Below are positions 48,452-57,959 of a DNA stretch of 64,000 nt, in pieces (the first letter of the stretch is position 1; the number at the start of each line of letters is the position of its first letter). Source of the DNA: Bacilli bacterium (lineage in GTDB: Bacteria > Bacillota_I > Bacilli_A > RFN20 > CAG-826); NCBI GenBank assembly GCA_017447305.1, contig JAFSNY010000080.1, forward strand, positions 20,884-84,883. Direction: 5' to 3'. Under the pieces are notes generated by a model. That model was not told the DNA's origin. It did not search any database and saw only the letters and a list, made by a program, of their open reading frames with translations. The position numbers were made by a program, and so were the translations under genes.

Positions 48452-49392
48452 TAAAGATGATAGATTTTTCTAATTGCAAATTGAGTTCGAGAAACCTTGA
48501 ATATGGTGGAAGAGCTGGAGAAAAGAAGGGTATTTTTTATAATAACGAGTTTTGGTTTTTAAAATTTCCAAAGAGTACCTCTGGAATGAATGATATCAAA
48601 GGATTGTCCTATGCAACATCTCCTTTAAGTGAATATATAGGCAGTCATATATATCAAATTCTTGGATATGATGTCCACAAAACTCTTTTGGGTATTTGTT
48701 TTGATGGGAAAAGATACAAGGTTGTTTGCGCTTGTAAAGATTTTATTAAAGATGACAAAACCGAATTGCTAATCCCATACACCGCTTTAAGAAATGACAC
48801 AAACCCAGAGGTAATGGGCCGAGATGAAGAATCATCATTGTCTGCATCAAATATTAATGAGATTATTTTTCAACTCGACCACAACACGGTTTTGAAAAAT
48901 ATAAAAAATGCGAAAGAAAGATTTTGGGATGTTGTTCTCATTGATATGCTCATTAATAACAATGATAGAAACGAAGATAATTGGGGAGTTATCAAAGATA
49001 AAACTAACAGCACATATCGTCTATCACCAATTTATGATTGCGGCAATTGCTTTTATGGAAAGACTAGCGAAGAAAGAATTTTAGAAATACTCTCTGATGA
49101 AGCTAGATTGTTAAGCAGTGCCTTAAATGGAATAACAGCTTACGAGGACGATGAAGAAAAAAGAATTAGAAATGAAGATATCGTTAAATTGAATAATGGA
49201 GAACTCCGCAATTCTATTTATAGAGTTTATACTCTATTTTCAAACAAAATGGGCGAAATCACAAATTTTATTAACGAAATACCAGAATCTTATCAAAATG
49301 TTGTTGTGATGAGCAGTCAAAGGAAAAAATACTATATTAAAACAATTATGATTAGGTTGGAAAAGATATTGTTTCCATGCGTTACAAAATAA
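48442..49392 (+). CDS. Short HipA-homologous Ser/Thr kinase (HipT/CtkA-like, lacking the HipA N-terminal subdomain)
   Basis: The Gly-rich loop YGGRAGEKKG resembles HipA VAGAQEKT. The catalytic/Mg motif DMLINNNDRNEDNWGVIKDKTNSTYRLSPIYDCG resembles HipA ...DGHAKNFS...LTPFYD. It is 316 aa, against ~440 for HipA. Confidence 0.65.
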   Translation: MLMIKMIDFSNCKLSSRNLEYGGRAGEKKGIFYNNEFWFLKFPKSTSGMNDIKGLSYATSPLSEYIGSHIYQILGYDVHKTLLGICFDGKRYKVVCACKDFIKDDKTELLIPYTALRNDTNPEVMGRDEESSLSASNINEIIFQLDHNTVLKNIKNAKERFWDVVLIDMLINNNDRNEDNWGVIKDKTNSTYRLSPIYDCGNCFYGKTSEERILEILSDEARLLSSALNGITAYEDDEEKRIRNEDIVKLNNGELRNSIYRVYTLFSNKMGEITNFINEIPESYQNVVVMSSQRKKYYIKTIMIRLEKILFPCVTK

Positions 49393-49452
49393 AAAGTGTT
49401 CCACAACTTTCTACATTTAAAACCCACGTTATTTATTTAAATCGAATCAACT

Positions 49453-50265
49453 CTAATGGCTTTTTTTCTTTGAAAGAAGAATCTTTTTAATTACCCAGTT
49501 TTGGAATTTCTTTGGAGTGATGTTAAGCATTATTAAAAGCGGATTGCGATTAATCTTATATACATATCTTGGTTTCTTCTTAATGAGTATTTTATAAACG
49601 AGATTAGCAATCTTCTCTGGGGGTATTTTCTTATTTTCAACACTATCGACGATACTCTTAAACTTTTCTGCGTTATATTTATATAATTCCGTATTCTTTG
49701 TGAACTCATCAAGACGAGAAGTGGAGACATCTAATAATGACGTGTTGACCGCGCCTGGTCTAATGACCACGACTTGTTTATTGAGCAATTGAAGTTCCAT
49801 TCTTAATGAATAAGCATATTTTTCAATCGTGGATTTTGTTATCGCATAAAGCCCAGTGAATGGCAAAGGATCTAATGGAGCGAGTTCGCTAGAAATCATG
49901 ATGACTTTTCCTCTCTCCTTTAGCATATGAACAAACACTTTATTTAATCGATATATCGCGAAGACATTTATATCAAAGATTTTCATGAAATCTTCTTCAC
50001 TAATTTCGATAAGTGAATTTAGATCATAAATCCCCGCGGTGTTTATAATCGCATCTATCTCTTTTGTAACTTCATTAACTTTATCAAAAGCTTCCAATAT
50101 GGAATTAGAGTCTCTTAAGTTTGTCTTAATGAAAATGAGATTATCAATCTCTTCACTAACTGGCTTGATGTCTAAACCAAAAACTGTGTAGCCATCTTTG
50201 GTTAATCGCTTCGCTATTGCAAGGCCCATTCCACCAGATACACCGGATAGAACAACATATTTCAT
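49453..50265 (-). CDS. Short-chain dehydrogenase/reductase (SDR)
   Basis: MKYVVLSGVSGGMGLAIAKRL is the TGxxxGxG-type cofactor motif, and YAITKSTIE is the YxxxK active site. Confidence 0.8.
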   Translation of the reverse strand: MKYVVLSGVSGGMGLAIAKRLTKDGYTVFGLDIKPVSEEIDNLIFIKTNLRDSNSILEAFDKVNEVTKEIDAIINTAGIYDLNSLIEISEEDFMKIFDINVFAIYRLNKVFVHMLKERGKVIMISSELAPLDPLPFTGLYAITKSTIEKYAYSLRMELQLLNKQVVVIRPGAVNTSLLDVSTSRLDEFTKNTELYKYNAEKFKSIVDSVENKKIPPEKIANLVYKILIKKKPRYVYKINRNPLLIMLNITPKKFQNWVIKKILLSKKKSH

Positions 50266-50275
50266 TAATTAATTA

Positions 50276-51304
50276 CTACCACCTATTTTTAACCATCTCA
50301 GCAAATCCGATGAGATTATCGATTAAGTATGTTTTTCCATCGACTTTTATCTCACCTCTAAAGTAGCCAAAGACTTGATGCTGATTACTTTGAATGATTA
50401 ATGCATTCGTGTTGGAGTGTCGATCAATAATTGGACGGAATAATAAATCAACACTTCCGTCTTTACTTTTAATTTCCCATTCTTCAAGGAATTTTGGTTT
50501 ATCTTTTAAATCTTTTGGAATAATAAATTCAATATCTTCTAACTTATAGGCTTCTTTATCGAAGAAGAACATATTTTCTGACGCTGCTGAGGTATCACCA
50601 AAACCATATCCTAAGTTAAAACCAATACGATGACCGTCATATGTATAAGCGTTTAAGCTAGACCAATACCAAGTGTTGGAATAAGTCCAAACGCCTCTTC
50701 CCCAGTCTAAAACTCCTAATGTTTCATCTTTCTTAAATTGATGGAACTGTTTCCCTAATTTAAAGAAGCCTTTAGCTTTTAGTAAGTTGATCTTTTGATT
50801 GTAATAGAAATGTTTTTTCTTTAAGAAAGGAGTAGCGATAACCATCGATTTATTTAATGTGTTCTCCAAGGTAATATCGCAGTCAAAATCTTCTCCCTTT
50901 CTCACGTTCTTCATATGACACACTAAACGTCTTTTTCCGTTTTTGTTAGAGAAATACATTGAGTATTTTCTTCCTTCACAAAAGACGTCACCATCCGCAG
51001 AAGATGAGGGGAATTTAATTTCACCAAAGGTGAGCCAACGCATATGCGATTTAGTTACTTCTTTTTGCTTTTGATAATCGATGACAGAGACAGAAACAAG
51101 ACCCATATATGAGTTATCATCAATGGTTAAAGCAACACCGAATTCTTTATCTCCGATGTAGTAATAATCCCATTCTTTAATTCTTATTTTTAAACCTTTA
51201 ATGGCTTTTCGATTATATTCTTTAACAAGTTCAAAAGCGTATCCTGCTTCATTGAGATTTCCCTTCTCATCAAGCAAAGGACCACGTGAAAGTAGATGTT
51301 GCAT
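50276..51304 (-). CDS. Hypothetical protein, DUF2804-like
   Basis: 342 aa, soluble, with a WDYYYIGD motif; it is homology-poor. Confidence 0.4.
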   Translation of the reverse strand: MQHLLSRGPLLDEKGNLNEAGYAFELVKEYNRKAIKGLKIRIKEWDYYYIGDKEFGVALTIDDNSYMGLVSVSVIDYQKQKEVTKSHMRWLTFGEIKFPSSSADGDVFCEGRKYSMYFSNKNGKRRLVCHMKNVRKGEDFDCDITLENTLNKSMVIATPFLKKKHFYYNQKINLLKAKGFFKLGKQFHQFKKDETLGVLDWGRGVWTYSNTWYWSSLNAYTYDGHRIGFNLGYGFGDTSAASENMFFFDKEAYKLEDIEFIIPKDLKDKPKFLEEWEIKSKDGSVDLLFRPIIDRHSNTNALIIQSNQHQVFGYFRGEIKVDGKTYLIDNLIGFAEMVKNRW

Positions 51305-51400
51305 ACGCTATATTCTCCTTTTTCACTAATATTATATATTCATTTACAAATGTATCTAATGATAATATTCGATGAAACGTGTAAAATAATCTTGCAATAT

Positions 51401-51478
51401 GCGCCTGTAGCTCAGTTGGATTAGAGCATAACCCCCCGAAGGTTAGAGTCACACGTTCAAGTCGTGCCAGGCGCTCCA
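51401..51478 (+). tRNA. tRNA-Arg (anticodon CCG), with atypical C33
   Basis: Acceptor GCGCCTG/CAGGCGC; D-arm GCTC-AGTTGGATTA-GAGC; anticodon stem TAACC/GGTTA with loop CCCCGAA; T-loop TTCAAGT; 3' TCCA. Confidence 0.6.
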
Positions 51479-51529
51479 AAAGATAATTCGAATGCATTTA
51501 AAATATATATCAAAGAGGGATTAAGAATC

Positions 51530-53026
51530 ATGAGCAGACAAGAATTTAAAGATTTAGTATTCTATGAGATTTACCCAACTTCTTTTTATGACTCTAATAA
51601 TGATGGAATTGGAGACTTAAAAGGAATCGAATTAAAACTAGATTATGTTAAAGAATTAGGATGTAACGCAATTTGGTTAAATCCATTCTTTAAATCCCCA
51701 TTTTTCGATGGCGGATATGACGTTGAAGATTTCTTTGATGTCGATCCTCGATTTGGCAATATCGAAGATTTTAAATCCCTCATTAAAACCGCTCATGAAA
51801 AAGGAATCAAAATCATCCTTGATTTAGTCGCAGGACATGCCTCAATAAAAAATAAAGAATTCCAAAAAAGTACAGAGCCAAAAAGAAATGAATATTCTGA
51901 TTTATTTGTCTGGAATGATTCGGTATGGGAATGGAACCCAAATTTCCGTTTAATGGCGGGTATCTATCAAAGAAGTGGTGCGTTCCTCGTTAATTTCTTC
52001 GCACATCAACCAGCATTTAATTACGGATTTAATATCATTGATCGCCCATGGCAAATGTCTTATGAAGATCCAAGAACATATCAAGCAAGAGAATACATGC
52101 TTAAAGTCATGAGACATTGGCTAGGGTTAGGCGCGGATGGCTTTAGAGTCGATATGGCGGACTCCCTTGTCAAAAACGATAACGAAAAAGATGCAACCAT
52201 CAAAGTATGGAAATGTATGTTCTCAATTATCAGAAAAGAATATCCAAATGCATATTTCGTTTCCGAATGGTCCAACCCTTCCAGAGCGTTAGAAGCTGGT
52301 TTTGACGCTGACTTTGTCTTAGACCACTGGGATAACTTCTATCATCACATGGTCAGAAGTAATGAAAACACGAGAGGCAAATCACTCTTGAATGGTAGCG
52401 ATGATTTCGAATATGTCATTAAAGATATGAAATATCGCTTTGAAGAAGCAAATAAGCATGATGCTTATATCGCTCTTATCAGTGGTAATCATGACACTCC
52501 TAGAATTGCAGATTCATTAGATTTAAATAGACTGAAAATGTTCTATCTCTATCAATTAAGTATGCCAGGCACTCCATTCATTTATTATGGTGATGAATTA
52601 ATGATGAAAACAATGCCTCTAGATTCTAAAGATGGCGGTTATCAAAGAACTGGTGTTCGTATCCCGATGGTGTGGAATAACCAAGATAAATATCATGGAT
52701 TCTCGAACACTAAAGGAGAAACATATTTACCATTTTACGATGTAAATAAAGTTTCAGTGGAAGACGCGATTAAAGACGAGGAATCTCTGTATAATTTCAT
52801 CAAGCGTTTAATCGCTCTTAGAAAAGAAAATAGCGGACTACGTACATCAAATTTAGCGATAAAAGAAGATAAAAAGGTCATTGAAATCACTCGTGGAGAT
52901 AATCTCAAAGTTGTCCTCAATTTATCAAATAATGACTATAAGGTTGAAGGTAACATTTTAATTGCGTCCCAAGATGTTAAAGACAATCTTCTCCCTTCAT
53001 TCTCAGGTGCGATTATTAAGCAATAA
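51530..53026 (+). CDS. GH13 alpha-glucosidase (oligo-1,6-glucosidase / alpha-phosphotrehalase-like)
   Basis: VFYEIYPTSFYDSNNDGIGDLKGI, LGCNAIWLNPFFKSP, GYDVEDFFDVDPRFG, GFRVDMAD, EW and GNHD are the conserved GH13 regions I-IV. The start at MSRQEF follows an aaagaggga RBS; the listed ORF start lies inside the tRNA. Confidence 0.85.
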   Translation: MSRQEFKDLVFYEIYPTSFYDSNNDGIGDLKGIELKLDYVKELGCNAIWLNPFFKSPFFDGGYDVEDFFDVDPRFGNIEDFKSLIKTAHEKGIKIILDLVAGHASIKNKEFQKSTEPKRNEYSDLFVWNDSVWEWNPNFRLMAGIYQRSGAFLVNFFAHQPAFNYGFNIIDRPWQMSYEDPRTYQAREYMLKVMRHWLGLGADGFRVDMADSLVKNDNEKDATIKVWKCMFSIIRKEYPNAYFVSEWSNPSRALEAGFDADFVLDHWDNFYHHMVRSNENTRGKSLLNGSDDFEYVIKDMKYRFEEANKHDAYIALISGNHDTPRIADSLDLNRLKMFYLYQLSMPGTPFIYYGDELMMKTMPLDSKDGGYQRTGVRIPMVWNNQDKYHGFSNTKGETYLPFYDVNKVSVEDAIKDEESLYNFIKRLIALRKENSGLRTSNLAIKEDKKVIEITRGDNLKVVLNLSNNDYKVEGNILIASQDVKDNLLPSFSGAIIKQ

Positions 53027-53072
53027 TAAATCTTTTATTTTCACGGATAAATCATTATAATTAACTCGCTAC

Positions 53073-53160
53073 GCTCGAGTGGCGAAACTAGGTAGACGCA
53101 GTAGACTCAAAATCTACCGATAGTGATATCATACCGGTTCGATTCCGGTCTCGAGCACCA
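53073..53160 (+). tRNA. tRNA-Leu (anticodon CAA), type II
   Basis: Perfect acceptor GCTCGAG/CTCGAGC; anticodon stem GTAGA/TCTAC with loop CTCAAAA; 15-nt variable arm; T-arm ACCGG-TTCGATT-CCGGT; 3' ACCA. Confidence 0.85.
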
Positions 53161-53678
53161 AATTAAATAGTACCCCTTTTTCTGGATGAAACACTTCAGA
53201 GAGAGGGATTTTTTGTTCGCAAAAAATCATTAATAAACGTGGCTGCAAAATAAAATATCTGGGTGTCAATACGTAGTATTGAGTTAGCACTCGCACGCGT
53301 AGAGTGCTTGCAAGAAGAAGAAGATATACTCCTATTATGTGAATTTCGGAAATCCATGTAATGGATAGTCGTTGATGGTCAAGACGACTTAGACATGGAA
53401 TGAGATTTCCGAGGTTACTGTAAGGAAAGTTACGTTTAGAAAATGAATGCATGATTTTCTATCAATATGATTCTCCTTACGTCAGTGAATTAGCATTTGT
53501 CCAATTGGTGGACACAAAAAATCGCTAATAAGCTGACAAACAACATACTAATTGAGTAGTCCGTGTGTGATGAAATGGGATTCACAAAAAACACGAGATG
53601 AAAGATTAGCTTACTTCATGTTGTTCATATACCGCACAGTTAACGTTACTGGCGGATAAAGGAAAGGAGATTTTTTAT

Positions 53679-56366
53679 ATGAACAAATTATTAACAAAGA
53701 TTGTCGGTGTGACATTGGGTCTCACTATGGCAATCGGTGTGGGTGTTGCTGTTGGAAACAGAACCAATACAAGAATAGCAAAGGCCGATACGTATACTGG
53801 TACGGTAAACATGGGGTCTGGATATTGGAACCCAAGAGATAAATGGTCTACGCCTTCTTCGCCAGCAGTGGATACGTTCACTGATAATTTGGGAAACACT
53901 TGGACGTGTACTTATAGTTTTAGCACTTATGGTGGAAGCGCGAATGCGTCATTTATTCAATTTGGTACAAGCTCAAACCCTGCAAGTAGTGTAGTCTTTA
54001 CAACCACACTCTCAAGTTCACAAACCATCAGTGCCTTTTCAACCAAAGTTGGTGGGTATTCTGGTACTGCAGGTACAATCAATTTGAAGGTTGGGTCAAC
54101 CGTTGTTGGAACTGGATCATTTAATACAACCAGTGATGTAACCGTCAATGCCTCAAATACTACTGAGACAGGAACTGTGCTGACCGTTCAACTTCTTCCA
54201 TCAGCAAAAGGAATTAAAGTATATAATTTTTCTTATACTTATAGTACTGGTGCTGCAGATAGTATCACAGAAAAAGCTGCTTCTTTTGACGTTTACAATG
54301 GTGAAACATTAACATTAAGTACCTGCGTAACAACAACTGGAAGTGGTGCGCTTTCTTTTAGCGCCAATACTACTTCTTATGGCACAATCACTGCCGGAGT
54401 CTTTACTGCATCTGCTGTTGGAGGACCAACAACTATTACTGCAACAAAAGGCTCGGCGTCAACCACTTTTACAATTTGTGTTTTAGATTTACCAACATAT
54501 TCTAAGGTTACATCTACAGCTAACTTAACTCCTGGGTCTGAATTGATCCTTATTTATGATGGAACAAACGGAACGCTCGCAGCTAATGCTAAGAGTGGTA
54601 CTTTCTTGACCACAACATCTGTAACGATTTCTACCAATACAATCAAAACACGTTCTGCGTTAGTTTTTACTTTAGGCGGAACAAGCGGTGCTTGGACATT
54701 AAAAAATGGAGATGATTACTATGGTGTTTCATCAGCTAGTTCCAACAAATTAGCTACAAAAGCCACAGAACCAATTGCCTCTGATACTGGTTATTTATGG
54801 ACCATCTCGTTTAGTTCTAACAAGCTTGTTATGGCAACGAAATTAGGTGGCGGAAACCTTCAATTTAATTATAATGGTGGAACTAACCCTCGAATCACAA
54901 ACTATACCAGTGTGCAAGAAGATTCACTATATATGTTTGCAATTTTGGCTCCACAAGTCACCCCATCAGTTTCATCAGCTACAATTTACACACCAAATGC
55001 ACCAACTGCCGTTGAAGTAACCTTATCCTATAAGAATATTACTCCAGGAAGTGGAACCGCTGTGACTTCAAGTGATGTTTCGGTTATTCCTGTTGCAAAT
55101 TGCGTTTTCACAAATGAATATCAAACATTAACCATTAGTCAAAATAGTGTAACTGGTTCATCAACAATTACAGTTAACGCTACTGATGGTAGTCAAAATT
55201 GTAGTTGCACAATTGCAATTACGGTTGCTAACAATGCTGCAACATTATCAAGCATTAGTATCACAACCGCTCCAACCAACACAACTTTCTATGTTGGCAA
55301 TAAATTAGATTTAAGTGGAATGGTTGTTAAAGCATCTTGGAGTAGTGGAGATCCAACTGACGTCACTGAAGATTGTGTTATTTATCTTGGCGATGGAACT
55401 GGATCCGCTTATGACGATGAAGCATTAGTAGCTGAGAACGATCTTGTAACAATTAAGTACACATTTAGCGGAACTACAAAATCAACAACTCAAGCAATTT
55501 CTGTTGTTGCGTTCCCATACTCAGTCGCTTCTTCAATTAATGGTGGCGATAAAGTAATAATTGCTGCTGGAACAAGATATTTACAATCCATTGGTGATAT
55601 TAATAAAAAAACCGTTGGAATAGCAGCTGATTTCGGCAATGGTATCTACCCATCAACCGATAATACATACACCATTGTCGCTGGGAGTTCCGACGGAACA
55701 GTCGCATTCAAGCAAGGAGCTAATTATTTAAGCTTCTCGGGTAGCGACAACCAATTATTAACTTCTACCACATTGAATGCTGAATCATCATGGACTGTTA
55801 GCATCACAACAAATATTGCAACTATCACAAACGTTGCCTCTGATACGAGAATAATTAAATATGCCAATGGTGATAGATTTGCTGCATATGATAACGCTAC
55901 CGCAACAACAGTTCAATTATGGAAATTGAATGGTGCTTCTGGACAATCTGCAGCAGAAGATTTTGCTGACGATTTCAAAGAATACATCGTCGACAATATT
56001 TGTGCTGTCAATGATGCATCATTTGATACAGACATGGCTGAATTCTGGGAATTAGAAGCAGAAACATATGCAAGTTTAAGCAGTGAAGCAAAAGCTTACA
56101 TCGCTTCTAAATCAGCTAACGCATCTGGCGACAAAGTCGAAAAGATGCTTGCTGAATACAACCACATTTATGGTGTATATGGAACATCGCTCAGTTTGAG
56201 CAACTTCTTATCCAGAGTTGAAGCAGTTAAAGCCTCTAACTCCATCGGACCTGCTATTAATGCTTCCCAAGGTTCATCCACAACTACTTTAGTTATTATT
56301 CTTTCTATCGTCGGTTTCATTACCGTCGGTGGTTACTTCTTAATTAGAAGACGTAAAGAAAACTAA
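53679..56366 (+). CDS. Large Thr/Ser/Gly-rich surface protein (895 aa) with a signal peptide, Ig-like beta-repeat regions and a C-terminal TM anchor (no LPXTG)
   Basis: Signal peptide MNKLLTKIVGVTLGLTMAIGVGVAVG. Repeated T/S/G-rich blocks. The C-terminus is LVIILSIVGFITVGGYFLIRRRKEN. An RBS (aggaga) precedes it. Confidence 0.7.
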   Translation: MNKLLTKIVGVTLGLTMAIGVGVAVGNRTNTRIAKADTYTGTVNMGSGYWNPRDKWSTPSSPAVDTFTDNLGNTWTCTYSFSTYGGSANASFIQFGTSSNPASSVVFTTTLSSSQTISAFSTKVGGYSGTAGTINLKVGSTVVGTGSFNTTSDVTVNASNTTETGTVLTVQLLPSAKGIKVYNFSYTYSTGAADSITEKAASFDVYNGETLTLSTCVTTTGSGALSFSANTTSYGTITAGVFTASAVGGPTTITATKGSASTTFTICVLDLPTYSKVTSTANLTPGSELILIYDGTNGTLAANAKSGTFLTTTSVTISTNTIKTRSALVFTLGGTSGAWTLKNGDDYYGVSSASSNKLATKATEPIASDTGYLWTISFSSNKLVMATKLGGGNLQFNYNGGTNPRITNYTSVQEDSLYMFAILAPQVTPSVSSATIYTPNAPTAVEVTLSYKNITPGSGTAVTSSDVSVIPVANCVFTNEYQTLTISQNSVTGSSTITVNATDGSQNCSCTIAITVANNAATLSSISITTAPTNTTFYVGNKLDLSGMVVKASWSSGDPTDVTEDCVIYLGDGTGSAYDDEALVAENDLVTIKYTFSGTTKSTTQAISVVAFPYSVASSINGGDKVIIAAGTRYLQSIGDINKKTVGIAADFGNGIYPSTDNTYTIVAGSSDGTVAFKQGANYLSFSGSDNQLLTSTTLNAESSWTVSITTNIATITNVASDTRIIKYANGDRFAAYDNATATTVQLWKLNGASGQSAAEDFADDFKEYIVDNICAVNDASFDTDMAEFWELEAETYASLSSEAKAYIASKSANASGDKVEKMLAEYNHIYGVYGTSLSLSNFLSRVEAVKASNSIGPAINASQGSSTTTLVIILSIVGFITVGGYFLIRRRKEN

Positions 56367-56383
56367 TAAACATTTATAGGATT

Positions 56384-56420
56384 AACCCAGATAGGAATTG
56401 ACCACCCTCTGGGTTCTTCC
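56384..56420 (+). terminator. Hairpin (terminator-like) after the surface-protein gene
   Basis: aacccaga-(16 nt)-tctgggtt; the T-run is weak (ttcttcctttat). Confidence 0.4.
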
Positions 56421-56811
56421 TTTATGGGTTCTCGATTAGAACCTATAAGGGAGGAGAATCATCCTCTACACACTATAGCTACATATGCATCCACTCTAGG
56501 AGTGATTAGTTATTGTGTGTTGGACTTTCCGTTGAGAGGCTTCCTTCTTTAAGGACTTTATGTCCAGCCAGTATACGGATTGAGATCTCAAAAGGATCAT
56601 TTAATGAATAAGACCTACTCCATTCATTAATTCCATGGCTATCTTGTTATCTAATTTCTCAACTTTCTGCGATAAAAGAAGATAGTTTGAAAAGTCACAT
56701 TCCATTGACAGTACTGACCATACCTAGGAATGTGGCTTTTTATATCTATAATCAGTTAGTTTTCTATTCAACTAACTTTATATTTAATCAATAAAAAGTT
56801 ATCATATATCC

Positions 56812-57903
56812 ATGAATATTAATTCCTACATTCGTAAGTTTGGACAGAAGAGTTTTGAAGAATTAAGCTTCAATGATATCGATGCTTTAATTTTAGCGGA
56901 GCTTTCATATATCGACATCGATACGCTTTTTGAAGAAGGACAAACAGAGATATGTATCAATGATATCGATATTAAAAACGCGAAGAAATCCACGTTTTCT
57001 AGCAGTGTTGATGCCTTATATAACAAGACAATGCTTAAGAACATGATTAACTCTGTTCGTTACAAAGATTTAGTTATTAAAGATGTCATTAGGAAGTATT
57101 CTATCAAGGATATCAATCAGTTTTATGCTTTAAATGTCGTTTTTCCTAATGGTGATTGTTATCTTTCTTATCGAGGAACAGATATCACTTTAATTGGCTG
57201 GAAAGAAGATTTTCTCATTACATATCAGAAAACGATGTTATCGCAGATACAAGCATTAGAGTATGCGGATGAAGTATTATGTAAATCTGACTGTAGATTT
57301 TATCTAGGTGGTCACTCCAAAGGTGGAAACCTCGCTTTCTACACCGCTTTGAATTTAGGGAAGAAATACGAAGATCGATTAATCCTCGCTTATTCTTTTG
57401 ATGGACCAGGATTTAGAGATGGAATAACAGACTTTGTATCCTATGAAAAAGTTATCGATAAGATGATTAAATATCGTACATACAATGATGTTATTGGAGC
57501 GTTCTTCAATAACATGACTAGATATAAAGTTGTCCACTCAACAGGCCTTCTTTTTGGGGGGCATGACCCTTTCTTTTGGCAAATAAATGGTACGAAGGGC
57601 CAGTTCATGTATGCGAAAGATATCTCTGCTCCTTCAAAGAAATACTCCGCGCGTTTTATGGCGTGGCTGAATTCTTTATCTTATGATGACCGCGCTTTAA
57701 CAACTGATGCCTTTTTCGAAATGATAAAAGAAAACGAGACAGTCTATGATCTTTTAAAAAACTTTGGAAAGAACGTCGCATTTAGAAAGAAATCACTAAG
57801 TAGATATAGTGAAAACGAAAGAACAAGATTAAAAATTATTATTAAAACGCTACTTAAATATCTTTTTTCTTCAAAAAACCTAATCGAGAAGAAAAATGAT
57901 TAA
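56812..57903 (+). CDS. Mbeg1-like / DUF2974 alpha/beta-hydrolase (lipase class-3-like)
   Basis: YRGTDITLIGWKEDFLITYQ and LGGHSKGGNLAFYTA are hallmark DUF2974/Mbeg1 motifs. Confidence 0.7.
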   Translation: MNINSYIRKFGQKSFEELSFNDIDALILAELSYIDIDTLFEEGQTEICINDIDIKNAKKSTFSSSVDALYNKTMLKNMINSVRYKDLVIKDVIRKYSIKDINQFYALNVVFPNGDCYLSYRGTDITLIGWKEDFLITYQKTMLSQIQALEYADEVLCKSDCRFYLGGHSKGGNLAFYTALNLGKKYEDRLILAYSFDGPGFRDGITDFVSYEKVIDKMIKYRTYNDVIGAFFNNMTRYKVVHSTGLLFGGHDPFFWQINGTKGQFMYAKDISAPSKKYSARFMAWLNSLSYDDRALTTDAFFEMIKENETVYDLLKNFGKNVAFRKKSLSRYSENERTRLKIIIKTLLKYLFSSKNLIEKKND

Positions 57904-57959
57904 GAAAAGACACTTTAAATTGAATTATTTAAACAAATCTTTATAATAATGTTTGCAAT

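Noticed and set aside
51464-51529. Listed ORF start at 51464 (MPGAPKDN...) for the GH13 gene
   Set aside because: That start lies inside tRNA-Arg. The ATG at 51530 (MSRQEF) has a proper RBS and begins the conserved GH13 N-terminus.
47828-53160. Genomic island/prophage bounded by the two tRNA-Leu genes
   Set aside because: No integrase, recombinase, transposase or phage structural genes were found. No direct repeat of a tRNA 3' end is visible by eye. The contents are ordinary metabolic and accessory genes, so only an island-like context is claimed.
53129-53452. Minus-strand 107-aa ORF overlapping tRNA-Leu(CAA) and the structured intergenic region
   Set aside because: It overlaps the tRNA 3' end, and has no RBS or homology. 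The region is better explained as non-coding/structured RNA.
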